Shown: positions 1 through 15,500 of the stretch, in pieces
Layout: every line of letters starts with the position of its first letter
Position numbering within the stretch: the stretch's first letter is position 1
Assembly: GCF_964355755.1 (NCBI RefSeq)
Contig: NC_092672.1
Span: forward strand, 12,090,001-12,154,000
Direction of reading: 5' to 3'
DNA from: Antedon mediterranea
Taxonomy: Eukaryota; Animalia; Echinodermata
DNA length: 64,000 bases
The notes under the pieces: model-generated
Databases searched by the model: none
Told to the model about the DNA's origin: nothing
What the model saw: only the letters and a program-made list of their open reading frames with translations
Translations under genes and position numbers: made by a program

Positions 1-442
1 GGCAGCCAAGCAAAACGTACCTGCGCTTCGCTTAAATTTACCGCAGTCATGCGAAACAGATTTTTACTGGCTTACGAAAACGAATACGTGTGCGTGACGT
101 ATCCGTTTTCGTTATCAGATTCGTAAGATTTGGAAACCACTCTATTATTCTAAACTTCTTATTTTCAAACTTTTGCATTCCTCTCATTCATCTCATTCAT
201 TTTTGGTGAAAAGGAGGGTATTTTATAATATTCTTCCCCTGAGTTTATAGTCTCTCTACCCGAACACGAACAGAATAGAATAATAACTACTGTCACAACT
301 AGGTTTTTAATCAATATACTTATAACAGAGCATAATAAAAGTTGGACGAACCCACACAAAAAAAAACATTGAAGAATAAAAGAAAATATTCAAAATAATC
401 AGTAGCCTAGTAATTAGTATTGATTTTAAATCATGCTATTAC

Positions 443-547
443 CTTATCTTTTAATGTAACCGATGCACCATGGGTTAATAGACTGTTCACTACCTCTGAC
501 TTACAATTGGAATTGGCCAAGTATGATCTTAGAAGTGTTTCACCATT
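443..547 (-). CDS. Ankyrin repeat exon ([35 protein letters not shown])
   Basis: 105 nt, tttttttcag|...AAG|gtaata, phase 0-0. Confidence 0.9.
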
Positions 548-3500
548 CTGAAAAAAAAATAAGATTAGTCTTACGACATCAAATGGAATTTATCGATATA
601 AAACCAAAAATAATGGGTTTGCAACAAATGATGTAATTAATGTGTATTTATTACTGCGCTTAATGAAGAAAGGACAGCGAATGAGGCACAGGCTGGTAAA
701 TAGGGTAGAAACGGTAGTACAAGTACATGTACAACACAATGAAGATAGTTTGGTAGATATAAACTGTAAATAGCAAAAAAATGTGATTAGATATGGACCG
801 TAACAATTTGGCAAGGTATAACATTAACGTTTAAAAAATTGATATTTAGATGAAATAAAATATATAACCATTTTGTGATTTCTTGAACGAGAAATAAAAG
901 AGGTAGAAAAAAAAGAAAAAAAAGTTTCAAGATGATTTAAACGAATTTTGTAATAAATATACTTACATAGTTAGGGATAGATCACTAAGCATGTTACCAG
1001 ATTTACTTACTTGGTGCACTGATTATTTAAAAAAAATAATGTAAAGGAGTATAATAGAGGGAAAAGATGATTTCACTGGTCAAACAATTGTTTAAAATAT
1101 AATAGTAAGAAAATGAAAAAATAAATTAATAATGAATTATTATGAAAAGTTAAAAAATAACGTCAGTTGTACTACATTATACAATATTACATTAATAGTA
1201 AGTACAATACATTGTAAATGAACAAGTGGGTCGAAAAAAAAGTAGGAATGGAGAACTAAATAACAACTCAAATGGTGATTAATATTAAAACTTACTGTAA
1301 CTTTGGGAAGTTTGGTTTAACACATACGGTAGGTAAATATATGAGTCCTTTGAGAATAAACTTGCAATACTTTGACAATACTGTAAATACCTATTAACTA
1401 TTTTTGGTCCTCATTTGAATCGAACATTTCTTACTGTGAATGTTCGTACTGTTAGATGTAATATAAAAATATATACAAATAAACTTTATTACAGAGATTG
1501 TGGTTAGGCTTCACTGTTAGATATATAAACACATTATTATATAGAAATAAACTTTATAATGACAGTTCCCTCTCAACGTTTGTATTAATTATTAATTAAC
1601 AATTACCAATAATATAAACGTCGTAGTGGTGTATCGTGAATGTACTTTAATATTTCAATCGATTATGACAGTGACAGTTTTAACAAAGTATTACATCGCA
1701 AATGTTTTACTGTATTTAGAGGTTTATTATTTATAGGCCTATAAAACATGAACACAATATTTCGTTACTGAGTGGATAAAGAATATATTTCATTGTTCCT
1801 CTTTGTACTTATCCGCTTTCCCATCCCTCAAACCTAATGTTACATACAAAACACAAATTGGGTTTCTTTAAATGAGTCCAAATTGTGATAAGTTTCTCCT
1901 TCGAAAGTAATTCCCTGGGTGCTAATTTTAGTTGACTACATAAATCATCGTGACTATTTATTCGTTTCTGTAAACGACAATGTATTATATAATAGTACAT
2001 TTGAAATCGCCAGTTTTGTTACGCTGAAATTACTGTGTATTCGAGAACCTACTGTGGGCACGACCTAGAACGTACCATCTAGTATAAATAAATATAGGAA
2101 CAACATACAGTTTACTTAGCTGCACCAGTCAATCAAATAGTCTTTCATTTATGATCAATCTCTCTCCCTATGTTTTGAAGTTCAGTAAGTTTTACAAGAT
2201 CGTAATTATAACCTAAGGTGTAGGTGTGGTTGTTCAGAGAGTGTTGTTGTTCTAGATGGGTAGTTGTCCTAGGGGCATTGCAGTTGGACTAGGCAGTTGT
2301 AAGATAGTGGGACTATAGCAGTCCCTTATTATCGATAAAATTGGCCAGATTTTGTTCTCTCTTTTCTTTTTGAAAACAAATGTTTTACCGTAAGAGCTTA
2401 TGTTATGCTGTTTAATGACATTATACGTTTACTACTACAAGTCCAGAAATAATAGAATATTGGTTTGGCTGTTACTACTTCATAGAAGAACTTTGATTTG
2501 ATTTGTTTTTTACATTTTCTCCCCACTCCTGAGAAAATAGGACAATAAACGTTTTTAGAACCTAAAGAATAATTATATCCATGATGTGTTAATATGACTT
2601 ACACATTTCTACTTATTTCATTTTATTCCAATTCGTATTCTACAGTACAGCAAAGAACCTCCTAATTTTACTTTAGATTTAAAAAATCCTACACTATTAA
2701 TCAATTGATTACATTAGATGATTTGAAAATCAATCTCTCTCTCCGATCGCCCGTTTGCCAGGTTCATACATTTCTTAGTCTTTCTATTATGAAAACATAG
2801 CTAACTGTGCCAATTAAGGAAATCGTTTTTCATAGTTTGTCCTAGAAGTTTTTAGAAAATAAATATTGCTACAGTTATTACAAAATAGACAACACATCCT
2901 AGGTAGGCCTACATACGTCGATATTTTAATAATTTCACGTCAAATATTGTTAAATGTATAGTGTGGTACAACGCCCTCGTAGTCCCCTCTTCACACAAAA
3001 GCAGCTTGTTACTTTGGTTACCAATCGTAGTTGTCCAAAGCTGTAGTTGTCCTATGGGCCAATTGTAATTTTCCTAGTGGGTAGCTAGAGGGTAGTTTTC
3101 CTAGTGGGTAATTGTCCTAGAGGGTAGTTGTCCTAGAGGGTAGTTGTCCTAATAAAGTAGTTGTCCGTGGGGGGGGGGGGGGGTAGTTGTCCTAAGAGGG
3201 CGATTGTCCAGGGGGTAATTGTCCGGGTGGTAGTTGTCCTAGACCCGATCATTTTGTTCCAAAATTAACAAGATGCATCACAAAAAACAAACATGCATTA
3301 CTCATCATATGCATTAATCGTCATATGCATAGGTGTCCGCCGGGCTTTAATTTCAAGAGGCGTTGGTCATGTGTTGGAGAACGATTCAAGTACACCCATT
3401 AAAGCCAATTTACACAGACGAGCGGTAACGGTAAGCGGTAATTGTAAGCGAAAAACCGCGTGGCTTTTCCCATTTACACAGCGCGCGGAGTTCGCGAACA

Positions 3501-6500
3501 GAGTGGTGGAAAGTAGGTGCGTGTAGGCCTCGAGGCTAATGCATGTTACAGTCACTGCTGGCCTGGATGTGACTGACTGTCAGTAGGCCTAGCACACACA
3601 GGCCTAAGTTTTAGAGGAATTGTTGCCTAATAACGTACTAAAATGTATATTTTCTTTTCACTATCCTTATACGAACATTAGTCACGTCGTAGGTGTTTGT
3701 ATTTCTGAATAAAAAGAAGAAGAAACTATAGGCTAGGCCTACTAACGGCACTCGTATTTATTGTCGTCTTTCACTCGACGGACACAAAAAAATATTTGTT
3801 GATAGATGACGTCATTTCAATCATGTCGTTGGTTGGCAAGAATCCATAATTACCGCGCGGTATTTTCACAAAATCGAATCTGTTTCAATCCTGAGCGGAT
3901 TTCCGCTCAACCGCTCGTCCGCTCCGCGTTCTGTGTAAATGGTCATAAGAAATAACATAGATTCTATTTTTGCGTTTTCCGCTCAACTTTACCGCTTACC
4001 GTTACCGCTCGTCTGTGTAAATTGGCCTTTAGAGGGTGCGCGAGCGAAGCGAGTTTTGAGTTCAATTTTATTCAGTTTCTTTAATATTTTTGTTTTGAAA
4101 GCTTCGCTTCACGTATAAACGTAAAACTAGTAGTAGTAGGTTGACGATGTACTGACGCATATTAGTATGTTGACGCGGGTTTCAAACGTAAGTTGTTAAC
4201 GCAAGTTGACGTCAAGTAGCAGGATAGAAGGTAATACAACGCGACGATTTATCTCCACTCGCACAGAGTAACTACTAAAAGCAGGGAAATATTTTAATCT
4301 AGCAATGGGTGGCCAATATATTTTTTTATGTCCGAGAACGAATATTAAGTAAGAAGTTACAAATCAGATACAAAAGAGCTATTGTTTAGCCAATAAAAAT
4401 CAAAAATATTTAATAGACTTTTATTAATTGGTGATGCTAAAACAAGAAGATTAATCAAAAGACAATTTACAAAATACTGTGTATTCCTTTCGGTAAAAGT
4501 TGATTTAAATAATTAAACAATACATTTATCAAAAAGGAAAAATGAAAAAAAAACCAAACAAAATGATTTGCCTTTATTGAAATTCAAATTAAAAATTAAA
4601 TTTTGCAAGCTTATCTCTAATTATCTAATTAAATGTACTGGTAAAAAACTATAAATAGTATGGCGAGAGTGATATAACAACTGTAGAATGATAATTTCTT
4701 ATTATGATGTTGTTTCTTCATATGCCTGACAATAAAAATTATAATTATTTTATCTTAATGAGTTTTGAGTTCAATTTTATTCAGTTTCTTTAATATTTTT
4801 GTTTTGAAAGCTTCGCTTCACGTATAAACGTAAAACTAGTAGTAGTAGGTTGACGATGTACTGACGCATATTAGTATGTTGACGCGGGTTTCAAACGTAA
4901 GTTGTTAACGCAAGTTGACGTCAAGTAGCAGGATAGAAGGTAATACAACGCGACGATTTATCTCCACTCGCTAGTGATCAATTAGGCCTAGAATCAGGTA
5001 AATAATCATTGTTACAACTCCAGGCCTTCAAATTTTATATCACCTTCAAATCTACGAAAACCTCTTTTTTGCTTCACCTAAAAAGAGCTGATTTGAAATA
5101 ACTTGTACTGTACAAACACGAATAATACAAACATTAAAAAAAAAAATTCAATCCAATGTAAAGTTCATTAATTACCTTGTCTGTTGATGTGACTGATGCA
5201 CCATGGCTTAAGAGACTGTTCATTATCTCTAAATTACAATCGGAATATCTGAAGTGTAAACTTAGCGGTGTGTCTCCATCCTAGAAAAAAAGTTTTCTAA
5301 TTCTTAAGATTGTGTTTCAATTCATCAATATACTCATATATATATTTATATGATATAAAAAAACTATTATCTTCATATCGAATATTTAAGATAAAATAAA
5401 TTCCCTTCAACATTATGACATCTTGTATCACGTATCGTCCATCAAGTATTTATCACATGAGTTCAATTTGAAATTCAGTTCGTGTGCTTAACTATTTTAC
5501 GTTTAGTCAAGTCTTTTGTCAACTTAAAATGGTCATTTAGTGGAATTACTAACTAACTAGCGCCGTCTACATATACTGTTGTACTGAATGAATACATGCC
5601 CGGATGCAGGAAGATGAAGCTCCGACTCGCGTGTTTGTTGTTGTTGTTCCCTGATTGTTAGGATATTCTACATTTAATGGTGTTAGGACACAACAAATTG
5701 GAGACGTAGTGGAGCTATCATATATCGTAATTTCTCTCTATATATTCTGTTGTGCAGAAACTTACAGAGGTAAAGGTTATTGGAAAATGAATAATGAATA
5801 TCTCAAAGATGAAATATAGGCCTACTGCAACACGATTAACGAATTAATTGAGAATTGCATTACAAATTTTAGTGAACCTCTGTCACCTTCCGAATTATGG
5901 GCAATGTGTAAAAATAAAATACGTAGTTTTAGAATTGAATATAAAAAATCCAAGAAAAAATTAAAAGAAGTCAAATTTAAGTAAGTATGATTAGAGCATG
6001 GAAGGGTAGAAACCTATCAATGATTGGCAGAAATATAATAGTTAAATCATTGTTAACATCCAAACTAACTTACATTGCTTCAACCATCGTCGTAACTGAT
6101 GAGGTCGTGAAAAAGTTAAACACAATATTTTTTAATTCATTTGGAATAGATCCGAGGGTGTTAAAAGAGGCACAACGACCAGCGAATATCAATAGGTGGA
6201 TTAAAAGTGTTCCACCTTGGCTCCTATTTAGAATATATTACTAAAATAAAACATCTAGGTTTAAATTTGCTTATCATAACACTTAAAGATATATATAAGT
6301 TTGATCAAACACTACGATACGAAGAAATGATACAATGTGTCAAACAAGAAAACGAATGCGGCAATTTTACTCTATTCTATAAATAGCACGATTGAGATGC
6401 CTAGCAGAGTCAATGTGGCAAAAAAAAATGGGTATACCTAGACAAAATTAGAACAGAATTTATTTTTGTGGTAAATATCTATAAGATACATCAGAGCAAC

Positions 6501-9500
6501 AAAATCAACAAGGCCATATACATGACTGCAGTCGTGTGCTCAAGTTAGCGTTTACCGACCAACCGACCGACATAGTGAGCTATAGAGTCGCGTTGCACGT
6601 CACTAAAAAATGGAGAAAAAATGTAGTTGAAGAATTTAGGTTAATGTCCATAAAACCAAACAAATTGCGAAAAAGCATTTATTTATAAATTGAACACATA
6701 TGATGTGGAGATAAAATTCCACAAATCACACCTCGGTCACACCTTGGGAACATATGTAAATTAGCTGAAATATAAAAAGACTTATTGAAGTTATAGATAA
6801 AACAAAATAAAAATAAAATTGTCGGACTTGTTTACCGACCTCCGCTTATGAAGATTAATAAGTTTAGCGAATCTTTAAATGAGGAATATAAAAAGGAGCA
6901 AACCATGCCACATCATTGGCGACTTTAATATCAATCTTCTTAAACAAAATAGCGACAACAATGAATTTATTGATGATGTCCCATTCGTTCCATCCATCGA
7001 TATCAAGGCGCACTAGAATACAAAACAAATCAGCGACGCTGATCGATAATATATTTTCTAACACCCTATCCGAAAAAAATTTTCATCCGGTATACTTATT
7101 TCAGACCTCTCCGACCACTTACCAATATACCAGATAATTCATTCTACGCAACAGTTAAATATTAAACGACAAAAATAAAAATATTACTCTCTCAGACAAC
7201 AAATACTTAATTAATTACAGGAATATAATGCAACTCAACAATGATTTGCGTCTTGCTGAATGGTCTGACATCTATGAAATAAGGAACTCCGAGGACGCTT
7301 ACAATGTTTTTCTTAATAATTTTATAAAATTATCTAATACTAATTTAAAGAAAAAAATGTAAAACAACCAAAAATTGTTAACAACTTTGGATGAGTTCTG
7401 GGTTATTAAAATCCAGCAAAAGAAAGCATGTCTTATATAAAAGGTATATAAAACATCCCACACCCAAAACCAAACTCGTATATACACAATTTAAAAAAAT
7501 CTTCACGCGTACCTGTAAAAAAGCAAAACAATTATATTATGAAAGTGTTTTTTTCCATACAAATGGAAATGTGAAAAAAACATGGGACGTTATAAATGAC
7601 GTCATAAATCCAGGGAAAGGTAAAAATAATATTCCATCTTATTTTACACACGACAGCGAAACTGTTGAGGGTTGCGATGCTGTGGCATTTAAATGATTAC
7701 TTTATTAATGTCGGTCGAGAGGTTTGTGACAGTATTGAGTCTACGACGACTCAATATTCTGATTACCTCTCCATTCAGCAACGCAACTCGCTGTTTTTCT
7801 GTCCTGTGAACGAGGAAGAGATAATGAGTATTATCCGATCTCTTGAGCACCCGGATTTGACAGTATTTCACCAAAGGTTATCAAGAAAATAGGATATACC
7901 ATTGTGATACCTACACATATTTTTAACCAATCCCTCCAAACTGGAATAACTCCCCAAAAAATGAAAATCGTCCCCATCTATAAGAAAGGCGATCGCCATG
8001 TAGCCTCTAATTATCGTCAAATATCCCGCCAATATGATAGAATAAGATAAGCCAATCGGGTACAATCGCAACAGGTCTATAGCGATCACTTAATGACATT
8101 TTGTACAATATTTTATTAAACCGCCAATATGATTGAATAAGATAAGCCAATCGGGTACAATCGCAACAGGTCTAAGCGATCACTTAATGACATTTTGTAC
8201 ACGGAAAACTATTAAACTTAAGTTCAATGGACATAAAAAATGTATATATCAGATCAGTAAAAAACTATACCGTTGATCAATTTAGAAACATACTAATAGA
8301 TATCGATTGGTCAGTAGTTACCTCTATCGGAGATGTAAATGAAGCTCTGTAAAAATGTAATACATTACTTTTGGCTGCTATTGATTCCATTTCCCTCTCC
8401 CCCCCCCCCCTTAAAAACATTAGGATGAAACAAAGAACGGAACCATGGTTAACTAGAGAAATATTACAAGACATTGAAACCAGAGATAAATTATTAAATA
8501 TGTATAATAAAACCAAGAATAATAACGACTTATTAATACAATTAAACAATACAATAAAATACAGCGTGATATAAATAAAGCTAAATCAAATCATTTGTTA
8601 AACAAGGCTGAAGAAAATAAAAATAACCCTAAAAAATTATGGAAAACGTAAAAGGTATAGGCTATAGTAATAAATCTAAGGATAGTGCTAAAACGGTTAT
8701 TGACCTGCCCAATGGTACTAAATGTTTTGACCAAGCCAAAATTGCTTCTTGCTTCAACGAATATTTTACTACTATTGCAGCCAATTTGGTCAGTAAACGT
8801 CCATCCCCTAAGAATGTGTATGACTGTTCGTTGTCCAAACTTAAGTATTTCTATAGAACAGTTAGTGGTAATAACTTTATGCTCAACTCAGTGGACAAAG
8901 ACTTTATATATAGTGAATTAAACAAACTTAATGCGACAAAAAGCACGGGTGTCGATAAGATACCTCAAAAGTTCCCATTACCTACATAATTAATTTATCA
9001 ATTAGTACCAGTACAGTCCCAGAAGATATGAAAAAGGCCAAGGTCATACCTTTTTATAAAAAAGGTAGTAGAACCAATATTGGAAACTATCGCCCCATAA
9101 GTATACTCAGTACAATGTCTAAAATTTTAGAGAAGGCTGTTTTTATTCAAATCGAAAAATACCTTACTGAAAACAACGTATTGTATAAATATCAATCTGG
9201 ATTTCAAGCTGCCTTCTCTACTGTCACATGTTTGATAGACTTAGTTGATTCCCTTAAAACCCAAACTTCTAAGGGAAATTTCTCGGGTATGGTGTTGGTC
9301 GATTTAAAGAAGGCTTTTGACACTGTGGATCATGACATTGTATGTAATAAGCTTAAATTAATGGGTATTGGATCTATTGAATGGTTCAAATCTTACTTGT
9401 CAATAAGAAAGCAAATAGTAACTGTTGATGATCATTGCTCTCAATCTTGTACTGTTACATGCGGGGTTCCTCAAGGAAGTATCCTTGGACCCCTTTTGTT

Positions 9501-12500
9501 CTTATGTTTTGTTAATGACATGGTAACTTGTATTGATCCTGATTGTAAACTCCGTCTATACGCTGATGACAGTGCAATTGTTTATTCACACAAAAATCCA
9601 GATATTATTTTTAAGGAGCTAGGGTCAACACTAGACTCCTTGTGTGATTGGCTTGTAGACAATAAATTAACAATTAACCTGGATAAAACTGAATGTATAC
9701 TATTTGGTTCTAAGAGAAAAACTAAAAATGTTATCAATTTTAATGTCTCAACAAACGGTAACAGTATCAACGCTAGTAATTGTGTCAAGTATCTGGGTAT
9801 TGAAATAGATCAAAATTTAACGTGTTCGGAATATGCATGTAAAACTATTAAGAAAATAAATAATAGGCTTAAGTTTATGTACCGCCAACGTAAGATACTA
9901 AGTTGTAAGAATCGTAAACTATTATGCTCTGCTCTCATCCAATGTGTTTTTGACTATGCTGCATCTTCTTGGTTCTGTGGAACCTGTAAAGCTATCTAAA
10001 GAAAACTACAAATTGCTCAAAACAAAATGGTTAGACTCATAAAATGAGTTGAACCCAGAAGACATATAGGTGCTGATCAATTAGACGATTATGGATTGTT
10101 AAATGTAAAATATCGAGTAAAGTTCTTGCAAATTAGCCAAGTTCATAAGATATTTATGGGCAGAAGTGCTTCATACCTAAACGAAAACTTTCGTAGAGTT
10201 AATAACTTACATGGTCACTTCACTCGTGGTAGTAAACTCAATTTTGTTGTACCTAAAGTCCAAGGCATAGAATGCAATACATTCTATTTTAATGCAATCA
10301 GAGAATGGAATAACCTTCCTGACTATATTAAACAAATTTCCAACACATCTAAATTTAAAACTGAATTGAAATAATATTACAAAATTAAACATAGATAAAT
10401 TATTATTGTGCCATTATATCAGATGTTTTTCTTATATGCTTATATATTTATGAACCCCCGTCTTTTAATGTTTGTTTTGTTTAAATTATAATTACTATCT
10501 TTTTAGGGACCACATTGGAATTAAGTTGTTTTACTTTAAACGACTTCATGTGTTTTCCCGTGCATCGTCAGACTTCATTAATCCCGCCATTTTTATTTGC
10601 TTTTTTGATGTATTTTAATATTTAAGGTGATAATATATATTATTGATGTATTTTTAATGTTATGTATTGAGATGCCAAATAAATGAAAGAAAAAAAATGA
10701 AAGAATATGGCTTTAGAACTAAGCATACAACCTCACATGCCATAATTGACATGGTTTATACATTATTAGATGCCTTCGAAAAGAAGCAATATGCAATCGC
10801 CACATTTATGGACCTATCAAAGGCGTTCGAGATTATCGACCAAAATATATTAATAAGTAAACTGTCGCATTAGAGGTATTGCGTTGACTCTGTTTAAGAA
10901 TTATTTGAAATCTCGCAACAAAAAATATTTATATTAATGGTACAGCATCTATTATACAGGAAAATGGTATTGGAGTCCCACAAGGCTGGGTATTAGGGCC
11001 ATTACTGTTCCTTTTATACGTTAATGACATATTATAATGCCAGTACTGAGCTCAATGTCATTTGCTTTGCAGATGATACAACAAGCATACAATGTGGCAA
11101 CGATCTCAAAGTATTGTCAAGTATAATCAATATTGAACTTGAGAAAATAAACATGTGGTTTAAAGCCAATAAGCTCTTTTTGAACATTTGTAAAACAAAT
11201 TATGTTTGTGTTTAGAGCTCCACAAAAATGTGTAAATCCAAACAAAGTGTGTATAAAAATGAATAATATTATACTAGAACAAAAAGAAAATGTTACATTT
11301 TTAGGTGTCATGATCAATGAAAACCTCTGCTGGAAGCAACATATTAAACTTACTAGCTAAAAAGTAGCCACTGGAATACTAGTGAAAGTTAGATATTGTT
11401 TTCCATCTCATATTTTAACGAACTTATATAATCACCTTAATATTACGCCATTTCCAATATGGCAATCTTATATGGGGAAACACATACAATAGTACACTGG
11501 AAACATTATGGAAGCTCCAGAATAATAACTCATTCAAACATGAGAGTGTCGTCTGCACCTCTGTTTAAAAAACTAAAAATACCTAATATTCACGACATCC
11601 ATAAACTAAATGTTGTAGGCGCTTCATGAATAATGTTAGGCGTGGTGTGTTGCCACAATATGTTCTATACATTTTTAGTAAGCATGACAACAATTATCAC
11701 AATCTTAGACACAAATATGCAATGAATGTACCTTTCTCAAGACTAACTTGTGGCCAACACTTTATTCATATAAATGGGCCTAAACTTTGGATTTATTTCT
11801 GTAATAAAATTCCAAACACGGTGCATAAACATGGCAAAAGTTTAAAAATGTCCATTAAAAAATATCTTTTATTAATGTATACCTCAGATGGTAACCTAAT
11901 TAATTAAGATTATAAATTCTAAACCACCCGGTGAATGAAATACAGAAATGAATTAGAAACGATAAAGATGAGGAAATCTGTTAGAATGAGTAAAAGTCGC
12001 CTCAACCGAGAGACTCAAACCCGGAACCTTCTGCTTTCATGGTATTGTTCAAATTCGATTGGATAGCGACTCTTTAAAATTATATATTATTATTACATTA
12101 TATATATGCGTGTGGGTGTGTGTGTGTATTGCACTGATGAAGGGCTAGTGTTGCCCGAAAGCTCTGCTAACTTTTCTGGCTGTTTTACTTTATCGTTTGG
12201 ATTTAGCTTTTCGCTTTTTTTGTGTATCTCCATTGATATCCAGCCACTGATACCCACAGCATTGTCATTTTTGTCAGTTATTTGCCTTTGGATTTATATA
12301 TATATATATATATATAAATACAAAAGGAATTTGGATAACGTCATAGTATAAAAACTGGGTGAACAGGAATAAAAAAAATTACAACAAAAGGTGACAGGGT
12401 GGAGTCTGAATAAGAGTAGAAAACAAAGAAGGAAGCTTGGTAGAGATATAAACAATTTTGGAATGAAACTAAAAAACAGCTTAAATGCTGGTTAATATTG

Positions 12501-15500
12501 AAACTTAAATCTTGGTAGTCAATGGAATATCCATCGATTGATGCTGCATCAGTTAAACATTTTTTTAACAAGATTCAAGACACAGGTGAAACCTAACTAT
12601 GGTGAGAAAGCAAAGTGTTGGAAATGTTGTTGTTGTCCAGCAAAGAGGTCAAGTGTCATCTTAGGACGTTTTTAAATTGTTTGTAGATGTAAGAATAAAC
12701 TACCTGAAAAAAAAGGTAATACTAGTACACGTACTATAAAGAAAGGTTAGGGATAATTTGGGAGAAATATAAGTATATATGATAAATATGAAGATAATTA
12801 CCTACTAGTAACGATTGTATTTACATATACCATGAGCTGTTTACTATTGATAATATTATTAGGGACTTTTAGATTTGATTTCGTAATTTACTTGAGATCT
12901 GACCTTGTAATCTCTAGTAGCGCTCGTTCGTGGAGCTATTTCCACCGCAATTGGCCAGAGGAAGTACACGAGCTTAAGTCAGGATAAGTGTATAGCTTAA
13001 TAGACCTAGCCTAGATCCTTAATTTTCTGAACTGTATTATAACAATTTTTATTTTAAATAACAAATAAAATTCAATAATTTACATTATGCAAATATAATT
13101 TTACTAAATATATGCGCTTTACTACATTCTGAGCCATGGATTTGGTAAACATTTGCAGTGATATTAATCTTTCAAATTAACATATTTAATTACCATATGA
13201 CGTACATATGACTTCATAAGGTAGTTGTGACGTCATATATTATGTTATAACTCCTTAAATGACATTATCTTATGCTAAAAAATGTTGAAAAAGTTCCATT
13301 TTTTCTGTTGAAATGAACATCATATTCAAAGTTTACCCAAATCGGACATCAAGAAGGAGTTAATTAGCGTTTATCTAAATTACCATGACGTACAATGTCA
13401 TGGTAGTTATGAAGTTATATCATATCACAGTTTAATGCTCATAATCATAAGGGAAAATGTAAAAGCCGCATGAAACCAACTTTCTTTACATTTTTCATGT
13501 TGAAATTGATCGTTAAGTTTCTTCATTTACAAAATCTCATGAAAATAGTAATTCTACAGAACATTTAACATATGTTAAGGTTATGATCATCAACTGATAT
13601 AAAGTATTTGGCAACGTACTTGTACTCATATGTTACACTACAACATTCTTTTGTTTTTCCTACAATTACATCTTTTAGAACTTCAATCTCTTTTTTTTAT
13701 AGTAAATTTGGTAAAGGGTAATAAACAAGGCCATGGACACATGGCTGCAGTGGCATGCTCAAGTTAGTGTTTACCGACCAACCGACCGACCGACATACTG
13801 AGCTGTAGAGTCGCGTTGCACGCGACTAAAGACAACATTGTAATGAGGCCATTTTATGTGGTTCATGATATTTAAACCATGACACATGAAACAAATAATG
13901 TCATCAACAGCATTCAAAAGGGGTTCGAAATAAAGTAATTTTGCCATTTTATCCGGTAAACTTATTGTCATCCACACCGGCATTTATTATAAAATCTCTA
14001 TTATGAATTTGAAATGGTAAATATATTGATAATTGATACTTAATTACAATGTTTAAAGTCTACAACAAGCAGTATTTAACTTCCTTGGAAAAAATGGAAT
14101 CGAAACTTTCAATGTCTACTATAACTTTGCCATCATTAAAATGGTGATTGTGTTTTAAGACAGAGGAAGCAAAATAGTGGAACAATCTGTAGTTAAAGAA
14201 AACACTGATGGGAACCCTTCTTTTAACCTCTTTGTGGAATTTTGAATGAGAAACGCTCTGTGGTTATAAAGAAAAAGGAATGAATTATCGTTTGTTCACT
14301 CCAAATCAACAAGACATCAGAAAAGCCAGTGAAAGTAGACTTGCTGTGCCTGTATATTGAAACTTTTGGATAGCTTTGATTCCTGAAGAAAGAAAGGCAT
14401 TTTACAATAGAAAGTTTCCATTAGTATTTTGACGGCACCAAAGATTACATTTGTGTATCTGTACTTTGGATGGGAAACTGTGATCTAACTCCAGACTGAG
14501 AATGGAGTTTGATTAAAAGTAGGATTAAACCACAGTTATCGGATGCAAATATAAATGATATTGCCGTTATAAAAGATGCATTTGTAGAAAATGAATTGGA
14601 ATGTTCTAGTTCATGTTGTGAAAGGTGTCTGAAATATAACTTCTGGTAATCAGTTGATGACATTAATCTACGTGTTACAATGCCCATTGAGCATTATTAT
14701 GATATAATATTACGACGTCATATAGGTACATCATATAGTAATTTAAATATGCTAATTTGGTAATGGTTTTTTATCACATTTATATCTACTCGTTATGTCA
14801 TAATTTGGTAAACTTTGGATATGATGTTCATTTCAACAGAGAACTTGTTGTCCTGCAATTTCTACATTTTGTAGCATAGGATAATGTCATTCAAGAAACA
14901 GTTATAACATAATATATGATGTCACTCCTTATTGTGTCATAGGTACGTCATATGGTAATCTAAACATGCTCATTGGAAAGATTAATATCACATTTATATC
15001 TACTCGTAATGCACTTACTGTAGGTGGTCTAAAACCAACGGTTAAGAAGATACAGGGCTTCAAAATCGCAAATGCCGGCCATTTTGAATGTATGCTAATT
15101 AACCCACTACACGATGTCCAATTTTGGTCATGGATTTTTATTTGGAGACATATCAAACAGACAAAAATTATGTTGCATTTTGTTGTATGCAATTAGGTTA
15201 CCCTAATGTTGTTTTTCTTTACTGGATTATACAGAAGACTGATGAAACCTTCCAAACAACACTAATCGATGACTCACATGGCATTGTCGGTGAGCCCGAC
15301 ACACTGAATGACATTGATCCAAGAAATACACCACCACCAATTGAATTACATAAGCTCATGCCTAAATTCTGTGATCGGACAAGGAAAGCAATATGTAACT
15401 AGATCTGGCCGATTATTGAATCCACCAAAGCGTTTTGAAATCACAAATTGAACTTGACTGCAGCTATACAATAACATAATACCTTTAATATGAACGTTTT

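Noticed and set aside
9028-9999. 323-aa RT ORF as a retron, DGR or domesticated RT acting on the ankyrin exons
   Set aside because: It is an ordinary CR1/L2-group LINE ORF2 fragment with stops and frameshifts on both sides. Exon differences are not adenine-specific and no template repeat is present.
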